A stretch of 64,000 nt of DNA from Psammoneis japonica (taxonomy: Eukaryota), in the NCBI GenBank assembly GCA_008632985.1, contig QPGO01000010.1, positions 806,001 through 870,000 on the forward strand, read 5' to 3'. This document shows positions 59,922-64,000 of this stretch, piece by piece. Within the stretch, counting starts at the first letter, position 1; each line of letters opens with the position of its first letter. Position numbers and translations under genes: made by a program. The notes beneath the pieces are model-generated. The model worked only from the letters and a program-made list of their open reading frames with translations. It ran no database searches and had not been told where the DNA came from.

Positions 59922-60361
59922 TGAGTCAGCCCAACATGTGTATAAGCTTGAGAGAAACAGACCGGTCTTCATTTCACGTCGCGTCGCCTGCACCGGCGCA
60001 TAAGTGCCTCTAGGCAGGACAGGTGGGATTCTCCAGAATTTATGCTTTGCATCTGAATGGTGCCGTTTCCTGAAAATTGTCGACATTTACTTACTGGACA
60101 ACATGAATGCTCCTTAGACACTTCAAACTCTCTAACGGTAGAGCACTGTAACATCAGCAGAATATTTTTGCTGTTCTAAGCTGGTCCACTCTTCTACGAG
60201 TAAACACATCTCAAAGTCCGTCAAAATACACAAGTCCTGCCAAATAGCACATCTATCAAAAAGTGACGTTGGCGCTTTCCTCTACACTGTACTCTCGCTA
60301 GCCGTACTTATCCTTAGTCCAAGTTGGTGATATTCAAGGTGAAACAAGCTCGGGTTAGTAA

Positions 60362-61944
60362 TTAGCGCTGGTAGTTGCGACTGCGTCCGTCGTTAGGTCG
60401 GCCCGCGGTTGCTAGGATTGCCTCGGAATAGCCGGAGGAAGAGGAGGTTGCTCTTCCCGACTTTTCACCTGCAACACTTCTTTGAAGAGAAGCAAAAGCT
60501 TGCTCCATCACGTGTTGGATATGATGAGACGACGGTGCTGACCACACCATGTTGTTGCATCGCCGTACTGAAGACGTGTCTGAGCCGGAAGATGCTGATC
60601 TACCAGATCTGTCTTCTGTAACGCCTCTCTGCGTAGGAATGAGGACTTGTTCCGTCATATGCACTGTTCCTGGTGACGATGGAGCCGACCAAACCATCTT
60701 GGTAATCTGTCGAGAATGATCTGACATGGTCTCTGAATCTGAGCACAAAATTCCTACCGACGACGACTTATCGTCATCAGAATGTCTTGACACTTGAACC
60801 TGCATTGAATGTGGTTGTGTCGCGTACCTGTACCTGCCACACAACTGCTTTGGATGTTGCGCGCTTCCGTATACTTGCGATTGCGACGGGGCATGAGACG
60901 CAAGGGCTTGGCGTTGATATGATTCTATCTCCGTGCCAGGTGTAGCCTTGCAATCTGTGACATCTCCCTGTAACTGTTCCATATTCGGTGCTACCACGTG
61001 CGCTGCTCTTGGATCGGTCAAGACACTGCTGAAGTGTTCAGAAATGCTGCTCGCAACCCGATGCGGCTGCAGTGGCTTGGCAGTGTAAAGGGGGGTAGAG
61101 GAACTAAGACCCGGTTGCTGTTGAAAAATGGCTTGCTGGCCCATGTCAGTAAACTGGGGTTGGTGATACTGAGCAATTGAATTTGACGCTTCTTGTGCTT
61201 TGGATATAGCAGTGTACGGAAGAGAGGAACTAGCAACGGAAGATGGTTGGTGTGGTGAATAGAATACACCTTGAACTAAGCCGTAGAAAAAGGTCGGTGT
61301 GGTAGCAGGAGCCTCCGCACTCCATCTTGGAGGAACCAATTTTGCATTTCCTTGTGATGACGTGAGTGACCTTGTGGAACCCTTCCTCTTCTTCTTCTTT
61401 GGCATCGGCGTTGCTCTCTTCTTACCAATAATCTCTGCTCGTATCTCAGGGGCGTTTTCTCTCAGTGCTTGACTCGTCTTGTCCCTTGCCTTGGCGTCCC
61501 CTATCTCATAATACGCGCCTGTCACAGAATCTTTGTTCAAGAAACGTCCTGGTGGATCAAGAGCTTGGATCTCACTCACTATTGTATCTGCGATCAGTCT
61601 CTTTTCTTCCTGAAAGCGGGCATTCAAGTACACGATTCTGTACCTTTTTACTGTCTTTCGAAAATTTTCGTTACCTGGATGAGAAAGTCGATAGTATGCG
61701 AGTCAGCAAAATCTCGAGAAATCGACAAAGAGAAGAAAGGGTGGAAGAAGAAACGGGGAAAACGCAGGAACCCAACGTTTTTCTCCTGCCGAGGGAGAAG
61801 GTAGGATGAAGCGTGGGAAATGTTACCTGGATGAGCATTAATGGTCATTCCTCGACCACAGAGGACATCGTTATGATTTAGAGAGATAGGTGGTATGTTG
61901 AAAGTTGACTGAAGTGGTCCCTCGTCATCGACTTTCGCCGCCAT
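60362..61944 (-). CDS. DUF6824-domain protein (2 exons)
   Basis: NDVLCGRG..INAHPGN..F...EK..IA..IV..I...PPGRFL...YYEIGD.KARDKTSQALRE; intron 61826-61675/6 (152 nt). Confidence 0.85.
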
Positions 61945-62249
61945 GGTTGCTCACAATTCCATCCGGTCATCAAAAAAAAATGAGCTGCGCGTCGCAGCAT
62001 GATTTGTTGATGATCGGCTTTGTATAAAATATAATAATGGCATATTATTTTATACGGATCCATGCAATTATGTTTTTGCCAATATTTGGGTTGATTTTCA
62101 TTCTTTATATTCGGGTGATACATCTCGTTATACTCTCGACGGTTACACGGTGCACTCGACTTGATCGATTCAGATTTCGAACAAGAGTTCGGGTCCATCT
62201 CAGCAGTCAGCTTGCATGGTCATGTTGTGACGTCTCTCCTCTCTATCGC

Positions 62250-64000
62250 TCGAACATTCGATCGAATCGATGGAATGTCGTGTCCAGGCCACGGGCCAGG
62301 CAGGAGGTTTTCCTGCAGTGCTCGACTCTCGTCATGAACGTGCCTTGCACTTCTCACCCAAAAGAGCAAACAGAGAAAGATCGCAGCAGAGTGAGAAAAA
62401 AGCCACAAAAAAGAAAAAACAACCCAATGACAATGCTGCACTCTCTCTTTTTCCTTTCCCAATCTCTCTGTGCTCTGGCTTTGCTTGCCTGCTCTTGGTG
62501 CTGCCATGCTTGGGTGCAATGGGAACTGCCTCAGCTGGAGCCAGCAGCCCGCAGAGAAATCTTGTGCATGGACAATGAACAAAAAAGGAGAAAAACTGGC
62601 CAACTCAACAAAAGCACGGCCCTTGTGAGATGTGCCTTTGACTTTCAAGTGCAGGTGGTGCCTCCCAACTTGCTTTGTGGCTGGCTTTGCCTTGTGCCAC
62701 ATTGTCTGTGCTTTTGATGACCCCACCCCCAGTGGCTTGTGCAGCAGCTGTGGTTTTTGTCAACTCACCTGTTTTCTTGCTGACATTTTTGACATTGACA
62801 CACTTTGCCAAACACCTTGCCAACCCAAATTGCCAGCTGCTGCATCTGCCAATTTACAAGCAGAGGAGCTGCTGGCTGCTGCTGTTTGTGCCAGCATTCT
62901 TGAGAGTGTTTTGCACTGCTGCTGGGGCTCCATTCCTGCTGCAGCTGCTGCTGCTCAGCATGTGCTGCCCACCAGTGCCTGTGGCAATGGGTGGTGGGGA
63001 TGATGAGATGATGTGCCAGAACAAGTGGGGCCTTCTTGTCACATCTTTTGTGCAGTGGTTTCTCAGCCTTCTTGTCCTGGCGGCACCTGTTTGTGTGTGT
63101 GGGAAGCATGAAGCACAAAGCATCACACAGGGGGCAAAGGTGCAGGGCAAGCTCCTGTCCATCCACGATCTTGCTTTTGAGGCCTTTTGCTTCTCTTTGG
63201 GACACTGATTTGGTGCCATGTGATGTGCTGTGCACTGCGTTTTGCTGCCAACAAGAAGAGCAAAAATTAAAATGAAATCTCCAAAAAAGAGATCTTCTCA
63301 TCCTCTCCCTCCCTCTCCACATGCAAAAATTTGCTTGCAACAAGGAGTGCTGAGGGCTGGAACAGCACACCATCTTGCTGCTGCAGGGAGCAAAGCTCTT
63401 TTTTTCTTTCCCAAAAAAAGGAAGCATGCACAAGAGAGAACTCCCCACAAAAAGTGAGAGTTTCTTGCTTTTTTTTGAGGGGGGGGGTTCATCTCAAGCA
63501 ACAAGTGTGCCACCCAAGAAAATGTGCAAGTGTGTGCAAATGTGCAGATCTGTGTCTTTTGGCTGCCTGCCACCTGGGCACCAAATCTCAATCTTTCTTG
63601 TCAAAGCTTGAAGGGGGGGGGGCTGGGATCATGTGCTTCTTCTCAAACTGTCACAACATTTCTCAGCACCCACGAGATGGCTCAGCCATCATTGTGACCT
63701 TGTGGCAGCCAGAGCAAGAACTGTGCAGCAGAGTGGCAGCAATTGATCTGATGTGATCTTGCTTGTTGTGTTCTTTTGGCAATGTGAAGAGGAGCACTTG
63801 CAGGCAGCTGGCTTGTGTTTGATTTTGGACAGAGCAAAAAATCGGCACAGCAGGTTTCCTCTCTGCAACTGTGGAAAAAGCCCCAAAAGAACAAAAATGT
63901 GCCAAAAATGCAAACTTTGCCACTGCATCTGTGCCATGTGTCAAATTTGGCCACACATTTCAGCTCCATGCTTTTGCCTTGGTGCTTGCTTCAGAGGTCT
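62250..64000. other. TpA- and CpG-depleted degenerate repeat-like domain (runs off the window)
   Basis: About 2 TA in 1750 bp; TG/CA-rich. Confidence 0.8.

Noticed and set aside
1..64000. Classical fungal RIP or simple 5mC deamination as the sole cause of the composition bias
   Set aside because: RIP raises TpA and CpG decay leaves TpA intact; the young elements here lose TA while keeping CG

Overview
Eukaryotic nuclear DNA, most likely a pennate diatom. This rests on short GT-AG introns, signal peptide + ASAFAP-type plastid presequences, a diatom-type Copia element, a DUF6824 protein and a diatom-type LRR membrane protein. About 17 protein-coding genes are interleaved with transposon-derived blocks. 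The strongest signal is a repeat-restricted, sharply bounded loss of the TpA dinucleotide at about 1.7-3.5, 19.05-29.0, 34.0-34.6, 38.3-41.7 and 62.25-64 kb, apparently by conversion of TA to TG or CA (A:T->G:C on either strand). Supporting internal evidence: (1) conserved Tyr codons of the Copia pol and of a Tc1/mariner-like transposase read as Cys/His; (2) the TA target-site duplication of that transposon reads CA on one side; (3) the two LTRs of a 451-bp TRIM differ only by TG<->CA swaps and CG vs TG/CA differences; (4) surviving TAs sit mostly in YTAR context. This looks like a RIP-like, adenine-directed genome-defence system. A base-modification or base-calling artefact must be excluded, because several genes also carry single-base frameshifts that suggest an imperfect assembly. 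Counts are by eye and approximate; family assignments come from remembered motifs, not searches.
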